A stretch of DNA of 64,000 bases from Octopus bimaculoides. Taxonomy: Eukaryota. Of this stretch, positions 50,791 to 64,000 are shown piece after piece (position 1 is the first letter of the stretch; each line of letters starts with the position of its first letter). The notes under the pieces are model-generated. The model searched no databases, was not told the DNA's origin, and worked only from the letters and a program-made list of their open reading frames with translations. Location of the stretch: the NCBI RefSeq assembly GCF_001194135.2, contig NC_068981.1, forward strand, positions 190,787,555 to 190,851,554, given 5' to 3'. Position numbers and translations under genes: made by a program.

Positions 50791-51329
50791 TACTGTTAGT
50801 GTTCATAGATAGAGCCGCTTAACTTCAGATGGAAATAGGGTTGCATCTCAAAGCCAACAAAGCTAGTTTCTTTAGATGGTATTCTATCTACAGATGGTAT
50901 TCTTCTTTAAGGAGAAATCTAATAGTATATCCACAAGGTTCTCATGAGGGCTCAAATCATCTCATGTCATGAGCAAAAAAACCAAAAAGGAGATCTATGG
51001 ACACTCTCCACGCCATCCCAACTATTATTGCTCAAGACAAGGTGGGCTTTGACTGCCACTGCTCTTCTGCTGAGCAACAGACCATGTCAGATGTACTCAT
51101 TCCATTTGCAGGGTCTTATCACAGTAGTAGTTATACTAGTATGGGGACACACGCTGTAACAGTGCATTATAGCATCCACCATTTGTTGGTGATTCCCTAC
51201 TCCTGGCGAATGATGCCTTTGCACCATTCAGGCGACATCCTTCCAACCCATGGGTCTGTTTGGGTAGTCGTTGTTGGTGAGGGTTTTATGAAGGCAGAGT
51301 GTAAATCCTACCTCGACCTCTTTTACTCA

Positions 51330-51600
51330 CCTTTTATGACATGCAGAGGAAACATTGGGTCATTTCTTTGACATGATGGTCCTCACACATCAGAATCCCA
51401 CATTGTTATTTTCCACTGCTACCTCTCTGTGCCAGGAGTGGGTAATTTGCACCCTAACAGAGGACAAAGACCATTCAAATACATTGATCTCATAGGTTGA
51501 GGGACACAGCATGAAATCAAGGACCTCTCAAAGGTAATGGAGGACAGAAATTCCTAGCAATGCATTGTGAAATGCATCTTGTTTGCATCTGCTTTGAAGG
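51330..51600 (+). mobile_element. RTE/RTEX-like LINE 3' fragment
   Basis: HPNRGQRPFKYIDLIG*GTQHEIKDLSKVMEDRNS*QCIV resembles RGRP..TYIDxL..DTG..EL...M.DR..WR..V. Confidence 0.55.
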
Positions 51601-51779
51601 TGGAGGAATATTTTTACTTGGCCCAGGTCACTCACTGAATGAGCTGACCGATGTGCAAAGGCTTCACTACTTTGACCATCTGATTTCTTTGTTTCCAGAC
51701 AAAGTGTAACCACGGCTACATCTATCCTATGCTTTTTTTTCCTTTTTTTCTTTTTTGGATTTTAATATGGAGTGGTTTG

Positions 51780-52260
51780 AGGGAGATTTGGGCATGGTTA
51801 GGTTGTGCTTAGCAGAGAGTTATGAGAAAGTGTGCATTCTGAGGAAGAAATTAATAAAGTGTTGAATGTGGAGTAAGTGAAGATGGCATATTTGGAAGAG
51901 GAGGAATTGAAATATTGGGCGGATGGAGGAGGGGGGAGATCGAGATATTGAAAGAAGACAGAGACTACGAGGTATTGAAAAAAGAGGGGAGAAGGAGAAA
52001 GAGTGGAAGAGAACAGTAATATTCAAGAAAGTAATAATATTCGGTAATTATTTGCAATGTGTATAGAAATATTTGAAGAGGAAGCAAACTGCTATTGTGA
52101 GAAGAATGATCCTGTCCTTGAGATGAAGATTTTCAATTTGTATGGTTTTGGGCAAATACCTGCACATGAAGAAAGAGAGATAAGAGGGGGGATGATTGAA
52201 TTGTCTTGTAGAATATGGAATTGTTTATGGTCTCCTTTATTTTCAGGTAATAGCTGTAAT
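51780..52260 (-). mobile_element. Purine/pyrimidine-skewed retroelement remnant, possibly Penelope-like (similar tracts at 13250-13600, 54440-54740 and 55860-56500)
   Basis: Strong strand-asymmetric C/T richness; only a loose resemblance to Penelope RT/GIY-YIG translations. Confidence 0.3.
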
Positions 52261-55200
52261 GTTTTCTAAATCAGTGAATTGAATTACAAGAAGAGAAATA
52301 GATCAATCTATAACAAGGCTGATGCTAGTTCTTGGTTTTTGTGTGTGTATGTGTGTGTGTGTATGTATGCTTGTATATGTACACACACACGTGTGTGTAT
52401 ATAGATGTTTATATCTATATACATCCATACCTATGTATGTATGTGTTTGTGTGCATATATATATATCTATATCATCGTCGTCATCATCATCATCATCCAG
52501 TGTCTTAAATCTGGGTTTTGTCCCCATTAACTAAGGTGGCCAGATCTACTTCAATGACATAGCAATCGAGGTAGGCAGGTGCAGCCCACCCCAACCTTTA
52601 GGCTTCCTTGTTATCAATTTCTAGACATGAGTGATCCCGAGAACAAGGCCCCTACAATGATTTTTAAGAAACGTGGTGAAAACTCGCTCAGGAATGTAGG
52701 GACGCTACTCTCTGAGACCCCTTTCGGAGCCTCCCTACCTATATCATCATCATCATCATCATTTAACGTCCATTTTTCCATGCCAGTATGGGTTGGACAA
52801 TTTGACTGGGGACCGGAAAGCCAGGAGGCCGCACCAGGCTCCAATCTGATCTGGCAGTGTTTCTACAGCTGGATGCCCTCCCTAATGCCAACCACTCCAA
52901 GAGTGTAGTGGGTGCTTTTTAGATGTCACCGGCACGAGAGCCAGTCAGGCAGCACCAGCATCGGCCACATTTGGATGGTGCTTTTTACGTGTCACTGGCA
53001 CAGGAGCCAATCGGGTGGAGGGGGGGCGGAATCAACCACATTCGGATGGTGCTTTTTACATTCCATTGGCAAGGGAGCCAGTCACACTGTACTGGCAACG
53101 ATCCATGCATGAATGGTGCTTATTGCATGCCACCAGCATGAGAGCCAGTTAGGTGGCACTGGCATCGGCCACAACTACAATTTCCATTTTTGATTTTAAT
53201 TTGATTGAGATTCTGATTGTGATTTGATTTTGATTATTGATTTTACTTGACTCAGTATATTTCCTCAAGCTTATGTTTGTATGTAGACGTTTACCTTGAT
53301 TGTCCATGAAATGTGCTGAGCTAGTTTTGGTGATGTTGCAACCAACCCAGGAAAAGGTTAAGCAAACCAGCACCGCATAAGAAGCCATTTATGAAAAAAG
53401 AAAAAATATTTTAAAATAATTTTGTGCAGCATGAACACAAGCCCAGAAAGTCCTCCAATCCACCATCATTAAACATCATTATAAACCCTCAACTGGCACC
53501 AATCCACACCCCCTCAGTACTACTCCCCACTCCCAGTTCAGGTAGTTTTGTCTTTCAAAGTACTTGGTGACCCTGTTGGTGTTGGTGCCATGCGAAAAGC
53601 ACTGCTTCTGCTGCTGCTGCTGCTGCTGCTGGAGTCATGTAAAAGACACCCAGTACAGACTGTAAAATGGTTGGTGTCAAGAAGGGCATCCAGCTGTAGA
53701 AACCATGCCAAAACAGACAATGGAATATGGTGTGGCTCCTGGCCTTGCCAGCTCGTGTCCAACCCATGTAAACATAGAAAATGAGCATTGAATGATGATG
53801 ATAATAAACCATGCTCAACTCATGCCCAGTATGGCTGCCTTCATCTCCTGCATCTGCTATGGCAAGGTTTCTGTAAAGTGATTCTAACACCAACCACTTT
53901 AAAAAGTATACAGAGTGGTTTTTTACCATGCCACCAGCACTAGTAAGGTCACCATGCAGCTTGCAAGACTGTGAACTACAAGGGTGTGGCTTTGTTCCTG
54001 GAGATGCAGGATAAAAATATGAGAGAAGGGCTCAGAGCAGAACAGGTATCTTGCTGTAGAGAGGCTACTCACATTTTGGAGATGCCAGTGCCCCCCTGAC
54101 TGACTCCTGTGTTGGTGGCATGTAAAAATCACCATCCAACCATGATCGATGCCAGTTCCCCCATAATTGCTCCCGTGCTGTTGGTACATAAAAAGCATCA
54201 TCCAAACATAGTTGATGCCAGGTTCGCCTGACTGGCTCCCATGCCGGTCGCATGTAATAAGCACCCACTACACTCTCAAAGTGGTTGGCATTAGGAAGGG
54301 CATCCAGCTGTAGAAACATTGCCAGATCAGATTGGAGCCTAGTGCAGCCTCCTGGCTTGCCAGTCCTCAGTCTAACTGTCCACCCATAACAACATGGAAA
54401 ACGAACGTTAAACAATGATGATGGTGATGATGATGATGAAGGTAGGTGTGATCAGGTGGAGCCGGAAAGAGATAGAAATAAGGATGATGAAGTGTGTGGA
54501 TGGACCCTTAAGGTACAAGATGGGTAGAAATGATTGAGACAGAGGGATGAGGAGTGTGAGTGGATGTCGGCTGCAAGAGAGTGTAAAGGAGGTGAAAGAG
54601 ATGTAGACAATCATCAACAATGCAAGAGGTAGGTGGTGGTGGGAGAGTTGGACAGTGTAAGGTAGTATAAAAATGATTCAGTAGACAGGAGAAGGACAAG
54701 AAAGATGGCATGGTGTTGGGTGGGTGGGGGTGTTTGAGAAATTCAAAACTTTATTATTAAAAATGATTAAATTATTGAAATAAAAAAAAACATGCTAAGA
54801 GTCACGTGATGTAGAAAAGTATTACTTCTTCAGATCTTACATCAATTAACTATCATTACTTTCAGCTAATATCTGGAACATTTTCGAGGCCATTGAATTT
54901 GGTCATAAATCAGTCTTGTCTACAGCAAAGATGATGTTAATTTTTGCTCTTATATATCCGTGTTCAATTAAATATCATTATTAAAATGTTTCAGTTATTT
55001 TCAAAATGTTTAAGAAATTGGTTTTGGTTTTGATTTGGAATTTCTCTAAAAAATTTTTAATTCAAATTAAGTTTTTGAATCCTAAAACTTCTGCTGCCAA
55101 TGATAGACTTTTCATACCTGTGAATGGTAACATCCAGTTAAACATTTTCATTTTTAATGAAATTTACTTTCCTTGTCAAAATTGTTACAGAATATTGGTT

Positions 55201-57099
55201 ACAATTCATTTCAAATTATTTTCAAATTGACAATAGTTTAACTTAATAATTTCTGGGAGATATTGTAAAGAATATTAGAAAACTGAAATAAGAAAATATT
55301 CTATTAATCCTGCTAATATCTTTAAAAAATATATATGTATACAAATTTGTATTAAAGTTTTATTTAAATTAATAATTTTAGTTTCATTTGCTTTCTGTTT
55401 AATGCGAACAAGTAGATTATTACTTGTCTGTCAAGGATTAAAACGAGATATATTACTTCTCGTAGAAATTTCTTCCAACTTAACAATAATACCCACTCAT
55501 ATCAAACTGGTTGTTATTCAAATAAGACATGCAATTTTTTTTCTATCATTAACAAAACCTAAAAATCAGAACAATAGTTTATATTTGCTAATGAAGCTAA
55601 TTCAACTTCATCTCATTAATAAACTGTTTAGTATTTCATTTTACATAGCTCACAGTAGCAAAAATGCTGAGTAATTACTAATTTTAAATAACAAGTAATT
55701 AATTACTTTCACTTGGAAGTTATAGGTTATTCTCCATTTTATATCAATATTATTTAAGCAGTGTGGCACCTTGGGCAAGTGTCTTTGCAGACCAAAGCCT
55801 TGTGAGTGGATTTGGTAGATGGATGCTGAAAGAAGCCTGTCATTGTATACATATATAATGTAAACATCCCCTCCCTACCCTGATACCCCCTCCCAAACCA
55901 CTTCCATTCATCATTATCATCCCTGACCACACTACTTCTACCAACCACCTCTTTTCTGTGCCTCCAGCCACTGCTTTCTCCCCTGCTGCTGTACTCCATT
56001 CTTAACACCTCCCCTATCTGCTATCATTCCCAATGCCCTCTCATATCTATCATCAAGTCCCATTCATTAAATAGCCCCTTGTGCACCACTGTATCTCCCT
56101 CTCTACAGCTCCTACACCTTGCACATCATTCCACTATTTTCTGATCTATTCTCCTCCCTGAGCCACCCCCTATATCTCCCACCTTACCCCTCTACATACT
56201 GGTACTTCCCATCATCTTCACCCACACCCTTATCCATCACTCATAAACATCAACCTCTACCTCTACTTGTTTGTTCCCCCCACTGATTCTTATGAAAGCA
56301 TCCACTCTCTCATCCCCTCCCATGACCCATTGTCTGTATCCTCTCTAATGCTCACTTTCTTGTACCTTGAGAGTTTGCTCTAGCACCCCATCACTACCTT
56401 CCTTTTGTTTCTTTCAGCCATGTATCTCTTCTGTACCAAGGTACCTGTGCTTCTTCCTTTATCACACATTGACCTTTCAACATCTAGCGTTAGGCCACCC
56501 ACCTCTATTTTCTCCCAAATACTTCCTCTTAGTAGAGGGAGCTTCTTACCTTTCTTTTTCCCTCACCATCAACATGTCTCTTTCTGTGTATATTTTGTGT
56601 TTCCTTTTCTTGATGCTGTGCAACAATTGTAACCGAATTCACCACCATACAAATAGTGTTATTCATATTCTTTCCTCCATGTAAATATGTCTGGTCATGG
56701 GGAAATATCTTGCTTAGAAACAGGTGAGGTTTGGTGACAGGAAGAACATCCAATCATAAAAAATCTTCAGTGACTTCTATCTGACTCATGGAAAGGTAGA
56801 CATAAAAGCAACAATGACGTTGATGACATCAGTACACTGGTGTTTGAAATGCTGTCAAGGCTATACTTTTTTTTACCTATGTTGAGAGAGTTGTGGGGTA
56901 AACCACTTGCAGTGCCTTCTTCCCCCAAGAGATGTAAAAGAGTTGAGCTAAAGATCAGTAAGCTTATTTCATCTAGCATGCTCCAAAATCAGTCTAAAGA
57001 GGCCATAAAATGTGGTGGGCACGGGTGGACCATCGTGTTGTACATTGCATCTGTCTACTCTTCTATAAATAAATACCAGCCAGGTTCTGGTGCAGCTCA

Positions 57100-57490
57100 C
57101 TCTCATTCCACCTGTCACATCTTGGAACACTCAGCCACTTTCACATTAATTTCATGAGCAGGCTGTTCCATTGATCAGATCAACTGGAACCCTCATCGTT
57201 ATAACCGGTGGACTGCCAGTGACACATAAGTGCTGGTGCCATGTAAAAAGCTCCTGTGCCAGTGCCTCATACATAGCACTCATGCTAGTGCCCCATCGTA
57301 GCACTGGCACTGGTGGCACATAAAACGCAGCCACTACACTTTGTAAAGTTGTTAGCGTTAGAAAGTGCACCCAGCCATTGAAACGATGCCAAAACAGGCA
57401 ATTGGAGCCTGGCACCGCTCTCCAGCTGGCCAGCTCCTATCAAACTATCCAACCCATACCAGCTGCAAAACGGACGTTAAAGGCGACGAC
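57100..57490 (+). mobile_element. SINE linking a conserved central domain (Ceph-SINE-like) to the VNTR and RTE tail
   Basis: CACTCAGCCACT..ATTAATTTCATGAGCAGGCTGTTCCATTGATCAGATCAACTGGAACCCTC followed by GTGCCA repeats and the RTE-type tail. Confidence 0.65.
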
Positions 57491-58387
57491 TATATAAACA
57501 CCTAAAACAGTAAGTGAAAATGTACCCAAGTCATTGCTCACTCGTTAGGCAGCCAACTGTATTGTATAGTTGCACAGCATATCATAATTAGTAATATTAG
57601 TGATATATTTGAAGTCATTAATATATAATTATTTGGTTCCATGTGTAAAACTACAGTTCTTTGATAATTGTTTTAATTTACCACGTATGTATACTCTATT
57701 TTTGTGTGTTTCCTGTCCAAGTGTGTCTGAAAGAGAAGGACTTTTGGCAAAGATTTGTTTTATCCAATCAATAACTGTACTTAGGTGTAAACTGGCACTC
57801 TGATGGTTCTAACAAAGAGTGTTCCAGTTGATCTGATCAAAGGAACAGCCTGCTTGTGAAATTAGCATGCAAGTAGCTGAGTACTCTGCAGACAGGTGTA
57901 CTCTGCAGACAGGTGTACTCTTAGCAGTTCTCAGAGAGATTCAGCATAGCATAAAATGTGACAAGGGTGGCCCTTTGGGTTATGGGTATGACTCATGTTT
58001 GCCAGCAGAGTGAACTGGAGCAATGTAAAATAAAGTCTTTCCAAAGGACACAATGTACCACTAGGAATTGAACTCACAACCCTATGATTGTGAGCCAAAT
58101 ACCCTAACCACTAAGCCACACACCTTCACAGTTAGAAAAACTCTAAAACAACATGTGCTACATTAACAATCACTTAGTTGTAATTTGATTGTTAGTGTAG
58201 TGTAGGTTGTATTAGAATGATATTATTAGGTGTTCATATTATAGAACACAACTAAATTCTGTAATAATTTGCATTGGTGTGCGTCCAATTGACATACTTC
58301 GTGTTGAATTGATGATCGTTTTCTTTCTTTCTTCATTTTTGGTTTATATTTGAATGTGGTTTTATATTTATAATATAAATCCCATTC

Positions 58388-58422
<35 letters not shown>

Positions 58423-58715
58423 GATTATAACGGCCATATTCTTTAACTGATTTTCTCCAAACTGGGAACATACATTACTTATGTTCCAGAGATGGTTTAA
58501 GACTCTTAAAATTTGTCACATAATGAGTAATGGGCCCCCTGGGGGCAGAAAACACCTATTCCTGAGTTCCATGGAACAAACAGCAACAACAAATTACTGA
58601 CAGAAAGTTCGCAATTATTGATGAAAGTATGCGGTATGCAGGGCTGACAAGGAATAAGATCTCCACTGCAGAAGGAAGAGCAGTTGCAACAGCTCAGAGA
58701 AGCAGCTTCTATAAA

Positions 58716-59100
58716 GCAGCTTCCAATTATGATCCAGCAGTTCATTATGTAGATGACACGAGTTTCCATTGGTGCAATGACAACTGAGTGTGTACATTGT
58801 AAAGCCAGGAAGTGGCCTAGTGAGACACCTGCACTGTGCTGCAGTGGTGGAAAGGTTAAACTTCCTGCAATCTCCCAACCTCCAGAACTATTGAAGAAAT
58901 TGTTGTCATCAACTGGTCCAGATTCCAAGCACTTCCAAAGCAAAATTAGACAATACAATGCTGCACTACAGATGACATCATCTGGAGCCACAAGAGATTT
59001 AACTGAGCCAGGATTCATGCAGACTTTCAAGATCCAAGGTCAGATATATCATCAGATTTGCTCTCTACTACCTCTGTCAAATGAATCACCAAAATTGGCC
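58716..59100 (+). pseudogene. Helitron RepHel N-terminal (Zn-finger-like / helicase-N) fragment, frameshifted
   Basis: AASNYDPAVHY, then a frameshift into IGAMTTECVHCKARKWPSETPALCCSGGKVKLP..SKHFQSKIRQYNAALQMTSSGA..FKIQGQIYHQICSLLP, which matches the characteristic Helitron motifs CxxC..CCxxGKV and IRxYNxAFQMTS..FKIQGQxYH. Confidence 0.92.
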
Positions 59101-59209
59101 CTTCATTGTTTATAATTTGTACCTGTTCTACAGTTACAAAATAAGCTACACAAAACATGTTTTTGAATTACGTGTATTTACTTTATATACATATATGAGT
59201 TGGGAACTT

Positions 59210-59447
59210 TCTTATTTCTTTATTGCCCACAAGGGGCTAAACATAGAGGGGACAAGCAAGGACTGACAAAGGGATTAAGTCGATTACATCGACTCCAGTG
59301 CATAACTGGTACTTAATTTATCGACCTCGAAAGGATGAAAGGCAAAGTCAACCCTGGAGGAATTTGAACTCAGAACATAGCAGCAGACGAAATACCGCTA
59401 AGCATTTCGCCCGGCGTGCTAACGTTTCTGCCAGCTCACTACCTTAC
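59210..59447 (-). mobile_element. Young tRNA-derived SINE nested in a Helitron
   Basis: CpG-rich; imperfect TSD GTTGGGAACTT / GTTGGAAACCTT. Confidence 0.88.
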
Positions 59448-60401
59448 GTTGGAAACCTTCTTTTAACATTTCACTTAACGTTAGTGTTCCATACTGGCAT
59501 GGGTTGGAGAGTTATTAATGTAGAAAGTTGGTATTTCAGCTACTAGCAGTTGAGACCTGCATAATCTAGACAGCGTTTTTAAATTTCATTATTCTCTTTA
59601 ACCCAGGCAATGCTGGGTATTTCTGCTAGTTGTATTATATAAGTATTATATACTTACATGTTATATAACTATTATGTACATTGGCAATGTTCCTCACAGA
59701 GACAAAGTGGCTGAGTTCCTTTCGAGTGTTGGGCTTTGGGATTATGTCATGCTTGAGAAGAAGACCCATCAAGATGAGCAAAATTGCAGTCGTGGTAGAT
59801 ACCATTGTCATGCAAAATGGCATGTAAATGCACCCTGGTATCATGCAAATGGCACTCATGTCGGTGGCACATAAAAGTACCCATTACACCCTCGGAGTGA
59901 TTGGTGTTAGGAAGGGCATCTAGCTGTAGAAAACCATGCCAAATCAGATTGGAGTCTGGTGTAGCCTTCCAGCTTACCAGTCCTGGTCAAACCGTCCAAC
60001 CCATGCCTGCATGGACAATGGACATTAAATGATGATAATGATGATATGTGTTATATATATATGTAATTATTAAATTATCTAAATTTAAAAAAATATGCTT
60101 CAACTAATGAATGTAAAGATGGTTTTAGTTGTTTAACGAACAGTTTTAAACATGTGCCGTATAAGCCCCATTTTCTTTTTACAGAGGTGCAGATGTGGAT
60201 ATGTGGTTAAGAAGCTTGCTTCCCAACCATGTTGACTCGGGTTCAGTCCCACCATGCAGCACCTTAGGAAAGTCTCTTTCTGGCAATCATTAGTAAATCT
60301 TAAATATTTCAGTTTATCAATTATTAACCTTTAATTGTAATTTTAAATTTTAAACATAAAAAAAGACACTTTAATGTTAACAATTGTTATTATTGTTATT
60401 A

Positions 60402-60441
<40 letters not shown>

Positions 60442-61224
60442 ATTTACGTTTGTGTTTTAGGTTTATTCTACTACCTATTATTCAGATATTCATGTGAAAT
60501 AAATTGGAAATTACAATTAATTTGTAATTTTAATTAAAATAGAAATATTCGTGTGAAAACACTGGTTTAATCAAATTCTGCAGTACTCATCTAAAACATT
60601 TTTCTGATATTGCATATTTTCATTAGAAATTTTCCAGAAAATATATAGAAAAATCAATTTTCAACCATAATTAAAAATGGAGGGGGACAGCAGTCTATTA
60701 TTACTACTATTATTATTATTATTATCATTATTATTTCTATTATAAAGAAGTAATGTTTCAAGTTTTTCACAAGTCAATATGTATTTTGAATGAGTATTTA
60801 ATTTGATGAGACCTCATACACTTTATCAGACGTTAATAACCTGGTGTGATAATTTTGGTCATTCATCATCACCATCCACATCACTACCATTCTCACCTCC
60901 ATCATCATCACTGTCAGCATCACAATCACCACCACTCTCATCACCATCATCACAATCACTTCCACCACCACCACCACTCATCATTGTGATCATCTCCATC
61001 CATCATCATAATAGTCATCATTATCATCATCATCAACAAATGCCCCGTTTTCCATGTTCCAGCATGGCATGTCACCATTTATCATGATTATTTTTTGTCA
61101 TCTCCTTTGTTAGGTGATCTTTCACCATCTCTTCATACACCTTTATTGGTCTCCTTTTTACACAACTTCATTTCTGTTCTCTCATTCATTCATGCTAACA
61201 CTATGCATCCAGTGGAGGATACTG

Positions 61225-61400
61225 AGATGAGGAATTCTGTACATTATTTACATTAACGGATATGCGTTCTCATCTTGTTTATTGTTACCACAACATTTTG
61301 GCTGATTTACTCTCTGGCCTTCATCGGGTGTCCTGGTAGAATTTTGAACCCAACCCTGGGTACTCATTCCTAAGGTACTTTTTTGCTGATGTTATTGTTA
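61225..61400 (-). mobile_element. Penelope-like terminal remnant with a degenerate hammerhead motif
   Basis: The minus strand reads CCGATGA-A-GGC..GCC-AAAATGTTG, then AACAAGATGAG..TATCCGTTAATGTAAATAATGTACA; its tail is shared with 48828-48895. Confidence 0.5.
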
Positions 61401-62764
61401 TTATTATTTATTCAAGGCACTACTCAGAATTGAACTTACAATCTTGGGGTAAGTAGCCCATGCTCTTAACCATTATGCTATATGTAATTATAGAGGGAAC
61501 TATAGAGTGAATTATAGAGTGAATATAGAGTGAATTTTAGGGGCTTATAAACCTAATATTTTTGTATCCTTCATTAATACCAGTTCCCATATTCAACTCA
61601 TATCTGCACTAGGTCTGTTTAGGAGGTTATTGTGTCCTAGCATATGTGCTGCCTCTTTTAGTTTTCATATTTGCCAGTGGTGTTCTCTGTCCATTATTTT
61701 AACTTCTTCCCACAGGGGAAGGTGGTCTCTGCTTTTCCATACATGATCAGCTATACCTGATTTTTCAAAATCTCGTGTCACAGCTTTACGATGTTCATGT
61801 TCCTCTACCCTTGTTTTGAGTGGGCAGCATGTTTCACTAGGGTTGGGTTCAAAATTCTACCAGGACACCTGGAGAGCAGATCAGCTGAAACCTTTCAGTT
61901 TCCGTCTACCAAATCTACTCACAAGGCTTTGGTCAGCCCGAGGCGATAGTAGAAGACACTCGCCCAAGGTGCCACGCAGTGGGACTCAACCCGGAACCAT
62001 GAGGTTCGTAAGCAACCTACTTACCACACAGCCACTTGCTCAATAAAACATTAAGTTAGAAGTATGTAGAATGTTTAAACGTGTGGTGATAATTTAGATA
62101 ATTACATCATGTCCAAAGGTAGTTATTGCTAGTCAACCACTCTTACCATCCTGAGAAAGGCTCATTGATAAGTATGGTTGACCCCACACACACATATACA
62201 CATGCATATGCGCACACACACACACATCTTTTCATAAGTCATAAAGAGCTATTGTATAATTTATTGTTAATTCTTCAAACCTTCTCAATCTTACATGGTT
62301 AAGAAGTTCACTTCACAATTCCAGTGTTTTGGGTTCAATATCACCGTGCAGCTCTCAAAGCCAGGGAGCACAATTTGGTAAGCAGCAAATGTATGGAAAA
62401 CCATCAGGGGAAACCACCTGTGTTCTTGGGTATTGGAATTAATCTGTTACCTGGATTAACACTGCCACCAACACCTGGTCCTTCAGGTACTTTACTGTAA
62501 TCTCTTTCAAGCATTCATGTGAGGTCTCCAGTCTGGGGATAACATGATTCCACCAGCCTCAGAACCTTTGCAAAGAATCATGGGTACTGTTCCTCTTCCT
62601 CTGAATTAGCCATTAAAAATGAAGAAATCCAAGAGCAACAAACCATGTGATTATGAGAGCAGATATGTAATTTAGTAGACATCATATTACATGGTTGAGT
62701 AACCTCACAGATAGCATTAAATGAAATGATGCAGACTCACTTGTAACCTTTCAATCTGAGGTAA

Positions 62765-62850
<86 letters not shown>
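62765..62850. repeat. (AAT)n microsatellite
   Basis: Read directly. Confidence 0.95.
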
Positions 62851-62851
<1 letters not shown>

Positions 62852-64000
62852 GTACATCCTACTTTTGGTTTTTGGTTATTAAATAGATTATGTCTTCCTT
62901 AACAGCTTTCTACAACAAATGTCTGAGATATTTATTAATACATTATCTCACCATAATTACTGCTTTAAAATGTAACTCTATCCATTAAATCTTCATTAAT
63001 ACCCCCACCCACACCCCATCCTTTTATTGCTCCCCTATTCAATAGTACATATGTTATTCTCAACTATGACCTATATCAATGTTATGACCTGTAGTAGTAG
63101 TAGTAGTAGTAGTAGTGGAGAATTAATCATTTTCATATCCTCTCTATTTATTCTCATTACTTGATAGGCTACGGTCCTCACTGTTTATTCGGCTACAATA
63201 CAAAACTCGATTAGAATTTGTTTACTCTTGAAACCTTTTTTCTATTTTGAATAGAATATTAAAAGAATGGTATTACATCCTAAAACAAAAAAAAAATTCA
63301 CAAACAAAAAAAACAATTCACAAACAAACAAAAAAACATTAAAATATAAATATAAACATATTAATTACTTATCAACTTTTATTTTTGTGTTTTATTTTTT
63401 TGCTTCAGCCATTGGAGTGAGGCCATCATTTTGCCACACTTCTAAGTTACGAGGGATGTAAACAAACCAACACAGGTAGCCAAGTGGTGGAAGAACAAAG
63501 ACAAAATCACAGATACACATGTCATCCTCACCATTTTCCAGTGGACATGTGTGTATGTATATACATAAACATACACATACACAATAGGCCTCTACCACCT
63601 CCACTCAAGAGTCTGAGATTGGCCCATGGCTATAGTAGAAAATATTTACCCAAGGTACTGTCCAGTGGGACTGAACCCAAAACCATCATGTGGTTGTAAA
63701 GCAAAATTCTTAACTGCACTACCATGCCTGTGACTTTGGAAAAGCCAGAGCCATCTGACTGGCACCTGTGCAGGTGGCACATAACAAGCATCATTCAAGT
63801 ATTGGGTCCCATGGAGGGAGTGACAGGTGACCAAGACCTTTAGTGATACACTGTGCTTATGAAGACCTGTCAAGCCAAGTGAGATCATAGTCATGGCTGA
63901 TGCTAGTGTCATGTCAATGGCACCTGTGCCACTATACGCTTGAGGTAGTTGGTATTAGGAAGGGCACCCAGCTGTAGGAACCATGCCAAAGCAGATTGGA

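Larger units (their letters stand above)
58367..59629 (+). mobile_element. Internally deleted Helitron with both termini and a RepHel fragment
   Basis: 5' end A|T(T)TATAATATAAAT..GTCTGTGTG; 3' hairpin ACCCAGGCAATGCTGGGT (59601-59618) followed by CTAG|T (59626-59630); internal RepHel coding remnant. Confidence 0.85.

Noticed and set aside
58506-59030. 174-aa minus-strand ORF
   Set aside because: It is the antisense shadow of the plus-strand Helitron RepHel fragment.

Overview
AT-rich, repeat-saturated eukaryotic DNA with six assembly gaps. The SINE families (tRNA head + CORE-like domain, and RTE-tailed SINEs with GAT tails) and the microsatellite load point to an octopus/cephalopod genome, probably a short-read assembly; this is inferred from sequence style, not from a search. 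I recognise no host protein-coding gene. The window looks like a long intron or intergenic tract filled with dozens of SINE copies from 4-5 families, RTE LINE fragments, Penelope-like remnants (one with half of a hammerhead ribozyme core next to a gap), three Helitrons (two with RepHel/PIF1 coding fragments), and piggyBac-, hAT- and Tigger-type MITEs. The most unusual structure is an ancient ~2.8-kb palindrome at 26835-29625. Its inner arms have decayed to roughly 70% identity and carry arm-specific TE insertions. Its outer ~300 bp are ~97% identical, including a 211-bp perfect run, and a divergent pair of CTCF-like motifs lies at its centre. Two further high-identity inverted pairs (38496-39285 and 11288-11677) suggest recurrent arm-to-arm homogenisation, which would give long dsRNA if the region is transcribed. 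A textbook-looking recursive splice site with an RS-exon lies at 12583-12647 and can be joined to an exon-like segment at 20817-20850 to give a signal-peptide-like N-terminus. All alignments and identities were done by eye, and TE boundaries are approximate unless fixed by TSDs or termini.
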